A stretch of DNA of 63,972 nucleotides, counting the filler, from Gonapodya sp. JEL0774 (Eukaryota), in assembly GCA_027604505.1 (NCBI GenBank). It is 4 parts of 4 records of this genome, joined end to end, with 100 filler letters (N's around TTAATTAATTAA, not from the genome) between each part and the next. Parts side by side here need not be neighbours in the genome. Positions count along the whole stretch, not along the records: positions 35,138 to 52,481 come from JADIIX010000272.1; positions 52,582 to 63,972 come from JADIIX010000360.1; 2 more parts are not named here. One strand, given 5' to 3'. Each line of letters starts with the position of its first letter. The first letter of the stretch is position 1. Below are positions 49,283-61,852 of the stretch, in pieces. The notes beneath the pieces were generated by a model, which saw only the letters and a program-made list of their open reading frames with translations, made no database searches and was not told the origin of the DNA. Position numbers and translations under genes: made by a program.

Positions 49283-51304
49283 ATGCCTCGCCCGACTCTC
49301 GATCGTGACGAAAGCAACCTCACCGAACACGATGACGAAGACGAAGCCGCACGTAACGGTGATGGCGATGGCGAACAAGGTGATATTGAGGACGAAGAGG
49401 AAGACGTGCAGGAGGAGGTAGTTCAGGAAGATGACCAGGAGGAGCGTGAGTATCAGTGCTGTTGTTTCTCTGCATGGCTGAGCGACCGGAGCCTTGTTTA
49501 CGGAGCATGTCGCCACTATCTCCTCTCTCGACAATGCTCTCAGAATGAATTACAATCGCATGTGTGGTGGGGAGGGCCATGAAACGAGCTGGACATTGTC
49601 GTTCACTACCCCTTGGTGTTATCAATCAGCTGCAAATTTCCACAATCTGCATGGTCATCATCCTCGTCATTGCTATCTCATTCCTCGTTTAATACACTCA
49701 ATTACCTGTCCCACCGCAATTGCAGTTTCCTCGGACTCCTACGACTCGTCCGGCACCTCAGGAACGTCCTCTGCCATTTCGTGGATAAGTTGGTTCTGTA
49801 CCCTACCCGGTTCGTTCAACTGCATCGCAAGTTATTTGAACGATCACCTTCTCACATAGAAGTAAATCTTGTCCGTGGTCTTGATTATTCCATGTACTAT
49901 CACCGTGGCTGCCGATTCATACATGACGTTTCCTCGGGGATTGGTGAACCCCATGATTCTCCAGGTCACGACTTCTTTATTGAAGTACCCGAAGATTTCA
50001 TCGAAGACGATTTCAACCTCTGTGGGCTTAACGCCATTGTTCCACACTATAACGAGGCCCTCGACATGGTGCTAGATTTGGAAGTGGAAGAAGGAAGCGG
50101 AGACGGAGGTGAGTTGTCGGTAACGGTCCTCATTGCGGCAATGGGGTGACGGACTATAATTGGTCGCATGGAGAAAGAGTACTCTTGGGGCGGGCGTCGC
50201 GGGTTATTGCAGCAACTTCAATCGTGCTCATCCTTTCGAACCCCAACCTTTCTCCGCAGGTGACCCTCGGCCACCCACCCCGCCGACAACAGTTCTCCCC
50301 GACGGCTCCCGATCCGTCTCCCTCAGTCCGGCCCCTCATCCGACCAATACTGCCACCCCAACCACTCGACCTCCCTCTGCTGCCATTGACCACTCTGCCT
50401 CGCTCTTATATGCTCTCGTCCACGCACGCTACCTTCTGACCAAACCTGGTCTAGCCACGATGGCAGAGCGGTATGCAAATGGGGATTTCGGTACCTGTCC
50501 TCGAGTCATGTGCAGAGGTGCCAGCGTGGTGCCTGTGGGAAGGTACGAACAAGCTGGTGTGGAAGGCGTCAAAACGTGGTGTCCGAGGTGTGGGGATGTA
50601 TATGTGCCGAAGGAAGTGAGTGGTCAGCCAAACAATCTTGTTTCCCATTCCTGACAAGCCGTATATGAGTGAACTGCCTTTAAATCTCGCGTTTTTCCTA
50701 GACGAAATACCACACAGTTGATGGTGCATCTTTCGGTCCCACCTTCCCTCACCTCTTGTTCCTTACCTACCCCGAACTCGCTCCACCAGACTCAATCGCG
50801 CTCCCCGAATCAGCACGGCGGTCCTCGCCAGCCCTCGCTGGCACACCACAAACTCGAGGCTCGGGTATGACTCCCAGCAGCTCTAGTAATACATTGTTTG
50901 GATACGGGCAGAGTGCGGCACTGGCACAGGCGGTCCAGGGCAGATCGGGCAGAGCCACGTCTGATTCCGACTCTGGTCCGGGACAGCAGCCCCCGCCAAC
51001 GTCATCATCTGGTTCACGGAGGAGACCCGGAGCCAACCACTCGTCAGCCCCTACAGGCCCCGGGGCTGCTCCACTTGGTCAGCAATCGACACCAGATCAG
51101 TTCGTATATCAGCCAAAAGTATTTGGTTTTCGCATGTCTGAGCATGCACGAACTGGGCCGAGAATGGGGTGGCTGAGGTACCGTCCCCCTCTCGATGAAC
51201 CTTCCGTAGTGTCTGCGGGAACTGCGAATGGTGGTGCGCAAGTTCAGAGTCAGTGGAGGGGGTCCCATATTGTATCTGGAAGAGGCGTGAGAGATGTCGA
51301 GTAA
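49283..51304 (+). CDS. CKB1: Casein kinase II regulatory (beta) subunit
   Basis: SWISWFC, FFIEVPEDFIEDDFNLCGL, LYALVHARYLLT, FGTCPRVMC..CPRCGDVY, DGASFGPTFPHL, YQPKVFGFRM. Confidence 0.93.
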
Positions 51305-52221
51305 GGAATCGGTGGTGAACCGGGGTTAAAGTTCTCTTCGGATTGAGGTACTTCGAATCGCAGGTGGTTTCGGGATGGTGGGTCCATATCAACCGTCAGA
51401 TACAAGGTGGGAATCATGTACATTAACAAAAGAGGGACCCGAGCCCGTCATAGGTGTCACAGGTGACAGAATGTCCATAGCGGTGAATGGAAATGCTCCA
51501 CGCATATCTCTTGTAAGATTGACAGAGCACAAGAGGGAATTCCCACACTTAGAAGGCCAGAACTTGGAGGTAATACAAACAGAACTTTTGGTAGTGAGAT
51601 CTTTGGCTGTATGGGGTAATGCAAAAAAGCGCGTATCCCAATACTTCCCGGTTGGACATGGACACAAGGTGGGGGAAACACTGCGCTCCCAGATTTCCAA
51701 AACATACCCGGTATTGTATGATACAATTCTGGGCTGTGAAGTTCGATAAAAATACAAGGGCTGAATAGTCCAGGTTCTCGCAATACATGGGGGCAATTAC
51801 AAAACAGCCCCCAAATGGCTCTGCCCCTTGACGGAAGCAATTATTAGACTCCGTCCAGCTGATGGTATAGCTTTTTTAGCTTAGGATAAAGCCATTATGT
51901 ATTCCATATATATATTGCGCCCAGCATTGTACATCCAAGCTACACTGCGTATTGAAAAGCCTGGGAGGGGACTGAGCCGTAAGGCGCAGCATGTAAAATG
52001 TCCTGTTGTATTGCGGGCTTATAAATAAAGCAAGCTAACAGTGCAATATGTTAGAAGCCGCAGCTTGGTGCGACTGGAGCTTGGATTGAGCACCGGCACA
52101 TTCGCCACAAACAAAAACCCGATGGACTTTAGGACTTGCGGGGAGTATTTTCTCTTTACGTACTTCGGGGGCATTACGAAATAGGCCGAGGGTTAGACTA
52201 TATAAACTCTGAGATACTAAA

Positions 52222-52481
52222 TGTATTCAGTGACCCTACAAGATGAGTACTACGCTACGGGGGTGTGGAATGACGGGGTGTGGGACGAGAATCAGGGTCC
52301 CGAGTGTATATGTATTCTGTGTGTCCAGTCCCCTCGGACTGCTATGTGAGCGCGTCATACAAAAATATATCTACACTACACTACGTCCCGCACGGCGACT
52401 CAGTGGTCATACAACACTCCCCCTGGTTCGTTAAAGCTCGCTCCACTCTAGCTAAGAGTGACAGTGCGCAAAGTGATAGCC
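52222..52481 (-). mobile_element. Probable 3' end of a Ty1/copia LTR retroelement (PPT + LTR), truncated by gap
   Basis: On the minus strand a polypurine tract AGGGGGAG (52424-52417) is immediately followed by TGTTG; a candidate LTR end ...TACA lies near 52222. Confidence 0.5.
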
Positions 52482-52581
52482 NNNNNNNNNNNNNNNNNNN
52501 NNNNNNNNNNNNNNNNNNNNNNNNNTTAATTAATTAANNNNNNNNNNNNNNNNNNNNNNNNNNNNNNNNNNNNNNNNNNNN
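52482..52581. other. Assembly gap/linker
   Basis: N44-TTAATTAATTAA-N44. Confidence 0.95.
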
Positions 52582-52599
52582 CACGATGGCTCAACATAC

Positions 52600-52712
52600 G
52601 AGGCGGTGGGGGTGGAGGCGGAGGGGGCGGTGGAGCTGCAAGGTAATACTGTGACATAAGTAACGCTTTCAAGGAAATACGCTGTTCAACTTACGAGGTG
52701 GTGGCGGTGGAG
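52600..52712 (-). other. Two orphan polyproline microexons (18 and 36 nt) downstream of DPBB gene A
   Basis: cag-CTCCACCGCCACCACCTC-gtaagt and cag-CTCCACCGCC...CCGCCTC-gtatgt; same phase-1 design as the stalk exons of the DPBB genes. Confidence 0.7.
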
Positions 52713-53007
52713 CTGGAGAGGAACAAATCGGGAATGACGCAAATAACGAGGACCCAAATCAGCTGATGCATCTCCCGATCACATGTTCCTAAATAGCTGG
52801 CATTCGCTCATTTAATAAAGTCCGAAAGAGGAAGACAAGGAGTTCGGGTTTTAGATATGATTGATATTTGAATCCATATTATTGTCTAATAGAATACTTT
52901 GGAGAAACGGTTCGGATGCCAGATCCAGAAGCCCCTTCGTGGTACTTATAAGTATACGCAGGTCTATTCTACTGTAAAAAATTTTCAGAGCAAGCTCGAT
53001 GAACCCA

Positions 53008-54511
53008 TCAACAACGCCACCACTGTTGAAGTGGTAGATTTCGCGAAGAAAAGGTCAGCGAAAAGCTTGGACAAACAGACGTTCCAATTCTGGTAAGACC
53101 CACCGTCACTCCACTCGTGACCACTCCAACACTCGTAGGAATCCCCAACGCATCCCAGACCGCCGGTGTGGTGTCCATATGACCGTACTCGCAGATCGCG
53201 TCTGGGCACATGTCCTTGATGACGGCGGTGGTGGTACGGCCAGTTGGTGCGTAGGAGATGCAGACTTGCACACCACACCAATCGTTGTTCATTTGGAGGT
53301 AGGTCTGAATGTGAGGGTAGAATTAGGATCAAGACACTAAGAGGCGGAGACGTTGGGCTGAAGACTTACTAAAGCGATGGCACGCTCGCCGTTTGAAATG
53401 CCACCAAGTTGCCAGCAGAAGCCCTGTCCTCCCTGATCGTTCAAATTCATTAGAAAGAGTAGTCAGCATAAAGATCAAATTTGACTCGAAAGCATGTGAC
53501 GTTTTGGTGCCACCGCTGCACAATTCCTGTACTCACGTTCGGATAGTAGTACGTAAGACGACCATTGTATGTCTGGCTAGTGGGTGGCGGTGGAGGCGGG
53601 GGAGCTGCAAAGAGGGATGCATAATCACGTGAAATTACTAACTCCAGCATATCATGTTTGAGACTCACGAGGTGGCGGAGGCGGGGGAGGGGGCGGTGGC
53701 GCTGAAAGGGGGATGATTTTCAGTAATAAACACGGTAAGTCTGGTTTTTTACCGAGACTCACGAGGAGGCGGGGGAGGGGGCGGCGGTGGGGGTGGTGGT
53801 GGCGGTGGTGGTGGGGGGGGTGGTGGCGGTGGTGGTGGGGCTGAAGTCCAAGATTCACTCAAAATTTGAGCCGAAATGAATGAAAAACAGAAGGTACTAA
53901 GACAACATACGTGCTGGCGTTGTTGTAGTGGTCGGTCTCGCGGTGGTGGTGGTCGTGTCGGGGACAACAGTTGTTGTGCTCGTGACGGGTGCGGCCGCAA
54001 TGGTCTCAGCAGCGTCCTGCGCCGCAACTTTGGCAGCCGGAGATGGCGAAGCAGCAGGCGGTGGTGCAGGTGCGACAGTCGCTGCGGCGTCTTGGGCCTT
54101 CGCTTGGGCAGCATCACTCGTGACGCCTGAGTCCACCGACGCTTGATTCCTCCTCGAAAGCGGGATTCCGGCCGCTAAGCCCAAAATAAGAACGAGTCCG
54201 AGCACTCCTACGAGTGCCAGAAGTTTCCGGCGGTGTTTCGGGTGGGTCAGGCTGCTCGCGGTCTCAGACGCTCGGAACCACATCGCTTCCGCCCGCCGGC
54301 TGAATACAGACCCTCGAGACCGCGATGGGACATCATCGACAGAAACTATTCCTCGAGGTGCGAATGAGCCTGTCGGTTCACCTCCCTGGGTCACTGGCGC
54401 TGGTCTTGCGGGTTCACGGGACCCAAACCCCCGCGGAACGTCCTCCGCCGTATCGAGATGGGGCTGCTCTACAATTTGACCCCAAGGTCGTGTGCTGATG
54501 GGCGAACTCAT
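53008..54511 (-). CDS. Type II membrane protein: TM, polyproline stalk, RlpA-like double-psi beta-barrel (expansin/loosenin-like) domain; gene A
   Basis: TM KLLALVGVLGLVLILGLAAGIPL; stalk exons of 78 and 33 nt; YNGRLTYYYPN-GGQGFCW..ERAIAL-WCGVQVCISY..TAVIKDMCP..C.YGHMDTTPAVW-WWRC*. Confidence 0.88.
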
Positions 54512-54852
54512 TTCCAACGTGTTTTCACGTGGAATTTTTATGTGCGGGCAAGGAGAAAACCTTTTTCGGGCAACGAGGGACAAAACAAAGCCTGAATCAT
54601 CAACTCGGGGGTGCTCGTCCCTGATTCCAATAAGAAGCCAAGCAAGCCATACCAGAAGCGGAAATTTAAATTGCCTTTCTATTTCTACGTATTTTTTGAT
54701 GACCTGCATGCATACTTTACGGAGATGGTACGGATTCCAGATCCCGCCGGACATACTTAAACTTTTCACACTTGTACCATGCTTGGCGGATTACGTCATG
54801 TGACTCAAAAGCGCTTGTTGAGTGCATGTTCCCAGCACATGCAGCCTCATAA

Positions 54853-56737
54853 TCAACAGCGCCACCACTGATAGAACGACAAGAGGCGTGGTGAACAAGT
54901 CTGAGTCAATTGGCTCTGTGGTGAGCCGCACAGATGACTTACGGTTACTCCGCTCGTGATTAAACCTGCACTGAGATCGATACCCAGCGCACTCCAAACC
55001 GCTGGTGTGGTGTCCATATGTCCGTAAGAGCAAATCGCGTCGGGGCACATGTCTTTGATGACGGCAGTGGTGGTCTTTCCCGTTGGCGCGTAGGAAATGC
55101 AGACTTGAACGCCGCACCACGAATTGTCCATCATGGTGTATGTCTAGATGCCAAAACCCAAAAGAAGAGATAGAATTGAATGAGGTCGAGGGTTCGAAAT
55201 AGTCCGTGACAATCGCTGGATAATGAATTACGGACCAGAGCGATTGCCCTCTCATCGTTTGATATACCTCCGAGCGTCCAGCAGTAACCTTCTCCACCCT
55301 TGCGTAGAGAAACAGCGTTGTAGTGCATGAGTTTGAGATGATTGTGAGATGAATTTGCGGTCGGCAACTTACATTGGGGTAGTAATACGTGAGACGACCC
55401 TGGTACACTGTTGAGGTACTCGAAGGTGGCGGTGGAGCTGATGACAAGATACATTAGAAGAGAATTCATCGAATGGGGCTGATGGACACTCACGGGGAGG
55501 AGGAGGCGGAGGAGGAGGCGGCGGCGGTGGTGGTGGGGGCGGAGCTGAAAAAATCGTCGAACTCTGTCAGAAGACTTGCAGGTTCATGCTACATCAGTGC
55601 AACCACACATACGGGGTGGCGGGGGAGGTGGTGGTGGAGGTGGGGGCGGTGGTGGGGGCGCTTTTGCGTTTGAAAGGACATAGGATAGTGGTAAGTGGCT
55701 CAGCGGTGGGCAATTATTTCACGGGGAACATACGTGGAGGAGGCGCTGAAAAACAGAGGGACATTAGCTCATTGCTAGATGACAATTTATTAGTATACTC
55801 ACGTGGTGGTGGGGGCGGGGGAGGTGGCGGCGGTGGTGGTGGAGGCGGCGGTGGTGGGGCTTCACGGAGTGGTGCGATCATGAGTTAAAACACCAACGAA
55901 AGCACCAAGCAAACGATACGAGCGATGAAAACGTACGTGGAGGAGGGGGTGGTGGTGGAGGTGGAGGCGGGGGCGGAGGTGGTGGGGGTGGGGTTGCTGA
56001 GAAACATTATAAAAGTATGTTGGAACACCTCTCGTCACGGATGGGTCGGGAAACAGTCAATACTTACGTGTTTCGGTTGTCGTTACAGGCGCAGGAGCCA
56101 CGATTGTCGTCGTAGCAGCTTGAATAACCGCCACGGTGGTTGCCGCCACTGGGGATGAGGTCGTAGCTGTCGTTTGCGAGATGACAGCGTCCTGCGCCGC
56201 GATTCCCGCTGCCTGAGAAGCTACCACAGGTGGTGGAGGTGGAGGTGAAGGTACGGGTTCGGGTGCCGATGCGACGGTCACTGTTGCATCCTGCGCCTTC
56301 ACGTCTGCTCCGGATCCGGTCGTGGAGTCAGACGCCAGGGACGACTGATTCCTTCTCGACAATGGGATTCCAGCGGCTAGTCCAACGATGAGAATCAGTC
56401 CCAAAACTCCGATTACGGCTAATAGCTTTCTCCTGTTCTTTGGTTGAGTCAGGGTACCCGCGGCTTCCAATCCCCGGGACACAAGGTTCCGCCCACTCGC
56501 GAGCGCAGACTGCCGAGATGGGACCGCATCAATCGTAGCATGCCCTCTGGAGGCAGTAGAAGCATCGGTGAAGTCGCTATCACGCGTCCAGGTTTCGGAT
56601 CTCGGCGTTGGTACCCTGCGACTGTTGGAGTCGCGTTCGTCGTAAAATCCGCGTGGGACATCCTGCGCCGTCTCCAAATGCGGATGCTCGTCAAGCTGAT
56701 GAGCGCCCCACGGACGCACGCTTGCCGAAGAACTCAT
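54853..56737 (-). CDS. Paralogous TM-polyproline-DPBB protein; gene B
   Basis: Same architecture as gene A; stalk exons of 60, 57, 12, 48 and 51 nt; DPBB nearly identical to gene A. Confidence 0.88.
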
Positions 56738-57450
56738 TGGCAAAGAGGGGAAAACGTGGTCGAAGGAAAAATTTCTGTTTTGAGACCAGACGGTACAAGT
56801 AAGGAATCGCCGTGCCAAGAAGGTCTCAGGAGACACGATCCCTGGCCCACCCTTGCAAGCAAAAGCGCGCGCGGGTCTCCGAATGTAACTAATTTGTATT
56901 CTACATGAAACTGCAGCTGGGAACTCAGCAGTATTTGTGTGGTTCCGAGTTTTCATATGTCAATTTGGATGCCGTTGATTTTGGAGATTGATGCCATCTC
57001 TTCGTCAGAATCCCTCTGTTAGAGAGTCGGAATGTCGTAAGAAAAGGGGCAAAGATTGTCCGGGAGATGCAACGTTGCATTTCATGGTTTGGTTGCGAAG
57101 GTGGTGAAGTGGTGACGTCATCAGGTCTCCGACATGAATCCATATCTGCGGCACGACATGAACACTTATTTGAGACCTCGATACATTATTAGCACTCCAC
57201 ACATTTGCGAATCTGTGAATTAGTGGTTGCTTTCCATGGTGGTGTCTCAGAGATTTTTCTCCCGAATCTAGAGATTCAAGTAAGTTCCGCAGTTGCCTCC
57301 CCAAAGCAAGAAGCGCATGAACTGTGCACGAACGGAACAAAATTATAACGTCACAAGTGATCAACGACTAAAAAACGAGGTGGAGAGTAATTACTATAAA
57401 CTTGAACTAAATAAAAAGCACCAGAACAAACGGCCTCGTTCCCCTAAAAT

Positions 57451-60400
57451 TTAGCGCGCGGCAGCTTCCGCCATCTTGCGCTCAAATTCGGATTCGAGCA
57501 TCTTGGGTTCATGCGGCGGATGGTTCTCACACTCTTCAATGTGCGACAGGAGATCCTTCTTTGTGATGACACCTTTGAGAAGGCCCGTATCCACAACTAC
57601 CACGTATCGTAGTCTGCGGAACAAACAACATAAATGAATACATGGAAAATACGGTCAGACAGACCATGGGACTCACCCAAGCTTGACGAAATAGTCAATT
57701 ATAACCTGTACGGATTGCTCGCTCTGCACACAAAACGGTGTGGTGTCGACCCAGCTCCTGAAATTCACCACTTGCTTGCCGCTGCTCGGTGTCTCGTCCA
57801 GATGCACCATACCAGCCCCCACAGTCCCTAACGCGACACCATCGCTCCCAACTTCGTTCTCTAAAAACGAACACGGTGTGGTCCCCTCGTGTCCATGGCC
57901 CCTAGCTTCTTCCACCGCACACCACAGATCACGCGCGCTGATGACACCGAGGAGCATGCCCTTACCGTCGATTATGGGATAGTGGTGGTAGGTGTGGGTG
58001 AGAAGCGTGCGACGGAGATCATCAAGGGTCGCACCATAAGATGGGAAGGAGGTGATTGAAATGAGGCCGCGCATAATGTCGGAGGCATGGTAAGGATGGA
58101 CGTAATCTAAGTGGGTGATATTGATATACAAGTTGGTCAAGAGTGACTTTTTCAAATCGGTAGGTGCCAAAGCAAACGGCAAACCTCACTCACCGATTCG
58201 AGTGCTAAGGTATGGCAGCTTGTTCACCGTGATGAGCCCCTCGTAGATGGACTCAGTTCCAAAAGCATCGCCGACCCATTTCGAAACCATAATTCCGAAC
58301 ATGATGGGCAAGACTTACCCACCCAGGAAATGAACACCAGCAACATCCCACGTGATCAGCACACATTCCACCGACAACGGTCAATATTTATGAATTACTC
58401 ACTATAGTCCAGCACTCCCGTCAATTCAAACACAATGACCGCCAAGCTCACCGTCATGCGCGTGACGCCACCCAAAGCCGCTGCGGCACCCACGAGGGCG
58501 TACAGCCCCGGTGAAATGCACTGCTGCTTTGGACTTGCGGCACTGCAGCGAGAGAAATACCAGTTGGTTGGGTCCGATTCTTGGATCGTTTGAATGACCT
58601 GGATGAAGGGAAGGATCGAGGTGAGAAAGAAGATGGTCAGAGTTGGTGTCTGAAGGGGGACCAAGCAGATTCAACACACCATGCCGAGAGCACGTCCAGC
58701 AAGTGCACCGATGGCGAGAGGGGGAAGGAAGATGCCCGCTGGGATTTTGATTCCGATGGTGAAGGTGAGGAGGAAGGCTTTCACCATGAAGGACCAGAGG
58801 AGCACGCTGGGGCAAAACGCAGCAAAAACAGTTGATCGAGCTCGCACAGTGGCAAAAAAACGGGATGTCGGAGCCACAACCACAATCTCAACTCACGCCA
58901 CGGTCTCGCTCACAGCCCCATCACCACACAACAACCCCTTAAACTCCTCATCAACCTCCTGACACTCCCTAAACAGGTTCCCTACCAACCGTCCCAGATT
59001 CGCCCTTGTCGTGAGCACGCCGTAACTCCACACAGCCGTCACGATGGTCACAGTGACCACATCGCGGATGGGCCATCGGCTCGCTCCGAGGTATTTGCGG
59101 ATCCGGGCCACGCGCATGTTGGCGTGGATCACGAAGGATCCCACGAGACCGCCGAGGATACCGAGAAGGATGAAGAAGGGAACGTCGTGGATGCGCCAGC
59201 CGATGGTGAAGTCGACTTCGTAGAGAACGATCCTAGGGTTGGAGTGAAGGTGCGTGGTGACGGGGTAATAAGGATGGGAATGAGTACAACACAGAGGTGC
59301 TTGCTACTTACTTCCCCGTTCCGAAAGGGTTGATCATCCTCAACGTGAACGCTCCAACGAGCGCACAAAAGAACGATCTGAAGAGTGCGGTGGGGCCAAA
59401 GAAGGTCGAGACTTCTTCGAGGGCGAAGAGCACCCCACCGACTGTGACGAATGACACAAAGGCGACAAGTGTTTAGGTCGCGGTCAGTCAGACTTGGGCC
59501 CAAACGACCAACTCATGGTAATGATAAAGGAGAACAAGGGTTCTGACGTACTTGGGGCCCCAAAGGCGACACTTTCGGGGAGAAACGGTGTTGGAAAGGT
59601 TGTCGTAACGACAGACATAAACACAAGGCACAAAACGCACCTCACTCTGAACGAATATTAAAAAAGCCGATTGGCAAGATGCATACGTCATAGTGGGTTG
59701 CACAGAGGCGAGGTGATCAGAGACGCTTCCTTGATGCAGCTCGAATACAAGCGCCAGTCCGCTAAGCGAACTTACCCCGCGGCACTTGCTGCAGAAAGGA
59801 TTTCTCGCCTTTTGGCTTCGTTCAGGTCGTATTTTGGGAACAACCTTTCATCGTGACCGGTATAGGGCACGTGTACGAAACGGTGATACGTTAGAACGCG
59901 TGAGTAGGTACGAGTCACGTCCTTCTCGCCCTCGGAAGCATAGACTCACTTGGTGGCTATATTGCCAATGGCACACGCAACGTGAACGAGCGGACCTTCT
60001 TTGCCGAGGTTCACGCCGGAAGCCGTACCGAGGGAGAGACCCAAGGTTTTGACGAACAGGGTGCTATGTATGATGAGGGGAAATGTAGGGAGCAAAGAGT
60101 GGATTAAAATCGACGTGGTACGACGGATTCAAGGTACGGAGTAGTGGGACGTACGGTACAGAGAGGAATTCATCGAGCACGAATCCGCCAAGGATGGTCT
60201 TGACTTCTGGAATGCCCGAGCCGGCAGCGTACGGTGCCAGGTACTGTGTGAAAAGAGTCAAAACATATCGACAGTCAGCAACTACATGATCATGTCTCAT
60301 CCAGACAGACCGATGCGAAACTCGAAATACTCTTAGTGATTACACCGATCGTTCACATCAACAAACCTTGACCATACCCGCTGCCGTCGCGCACATGGCA

Positions 60401-61233
60401 CACCCCACGAGTGTGTATGCGGCGAACCCGAACCAGAACTCGAGCGAAGGGTCACGCGACGGGTGGAATCGGGAGAAGTAGATACCCCACGTCGTCCAGG
60501 AACACGGTGCCGTCGGGTCTGCGAGTTGAAATTCATTGCGTCAAGCCAAGCAATGCTGAATCACTGGCGACATTGGTTCTTCAAGACACGCACCCTCGGA
60601 GATGGGACAACACGTCGCCTGACCCTTCCATACATTGGCCGCGCAGTACCCTTCCTTCAAATCGCTCAACCACTCCGATGCCACGTCGATAAAGGCCGCA
60701 AATACGGCGGCCACGACTCCAACGATGGTAACGAGAATCCATCCCTGGACAGCGTACATGCCCCGCGACACGAGTCCGCGGAACCCTCGTATGCGAAGCA
60801 CGGCACGACGGCGTAAAGACGCGCGGAGGAGGTCGTGAGACCAGTCGATGGACTCGTGAGATGCTGGGTGGGCACGGGTGAGTTTGGCGACGTGGGCGGT
60901 GTCGAAGGTGACGGGAGGTGCGCCTGACGTCGGTAAGAGAGAGTCTCTGGGATCGTCTGAATGCGTAGAGACCTCGGTTGTATCGGGCGCATCGCCAATA
61001 TTTTTGTTTCGAGATAGAAAAGCATCAACTCCGTGGTGTGCGGGTGGTCTCTGTCTCGGTTGTGTGAAAGGATCATTCGCATGCGGGTCGTCAGGGTGAG
61101 CGTCCGCGCGATGATATGCTGGTATCGATGCGGTGGCCGCACTTTCGGAGAGTGTGGATGATGCAGTGGAGAACGTGCCGTACACTCGACTCGAGTCGCC
61201 ATTGATGGATGACGTGGATCCAACAGCCGCCAT
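57451..61233 (-). CDS. GEF1: CLC family Cl-/H+ exchanger (Gef1/ClC-3-like) with CBS domains
   Basis: [40 protein letters not shown] (via microexons), [39 protein letters not shown], and C-terminal CBS repeats. Confidence 0.93.
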
Positions 61234-61852
61234 GTTCCGCAAAGAGAGCCAAAGCAAAGAAAGCAATGAAATCAATAAGAAAAGAAATCGATCCCGTGCA
61301 GCTTTCTCTTGGAAAAGAGCAGAGTCACTGAAATGACCGGGTGGGTTCTGATGATCGATGATCGTTTCCGTGGCTCGGGGACCCCTTTAAGTTATCTGTG
61401 TAAATTCGCCTTGCGATTTGCCGTGTCATAGGGGAGTTCTGTATCACAGTTTATCATTCACACAAACACATTACTGAACCAATCTATTAGTTCTTCGAAG
61501 TCTGACGATTGCTGGTCTTGGGGACCAGCCGCTCCCTATATTATATTAATATTACCATGTCCCTAGCAAAGCTTCTTCGTACTGGACAGCCTAAAAGATA
61601 TACACATAGCTCTTTTGGACAGTTTCAGCAGTGCACTGCATTGTTTTCCTTTCGAAGCGGGACGCACTCAACGAGAACCATTTCTCTGACCCATCTTGTG
61701 GGCAGTATGTCAAGTGACTTTTAACTGCGATTTCACAGAAATGATTCGTTTGGAGCATGTACTCACGTTCAGTTCTCAGCTGTGGGCAGTGCTGTGCGCA
61801 GTTATCGCAACATGTGGACAGTTTCTCGACAGCCCTCGCGTGAACGCCTGCA

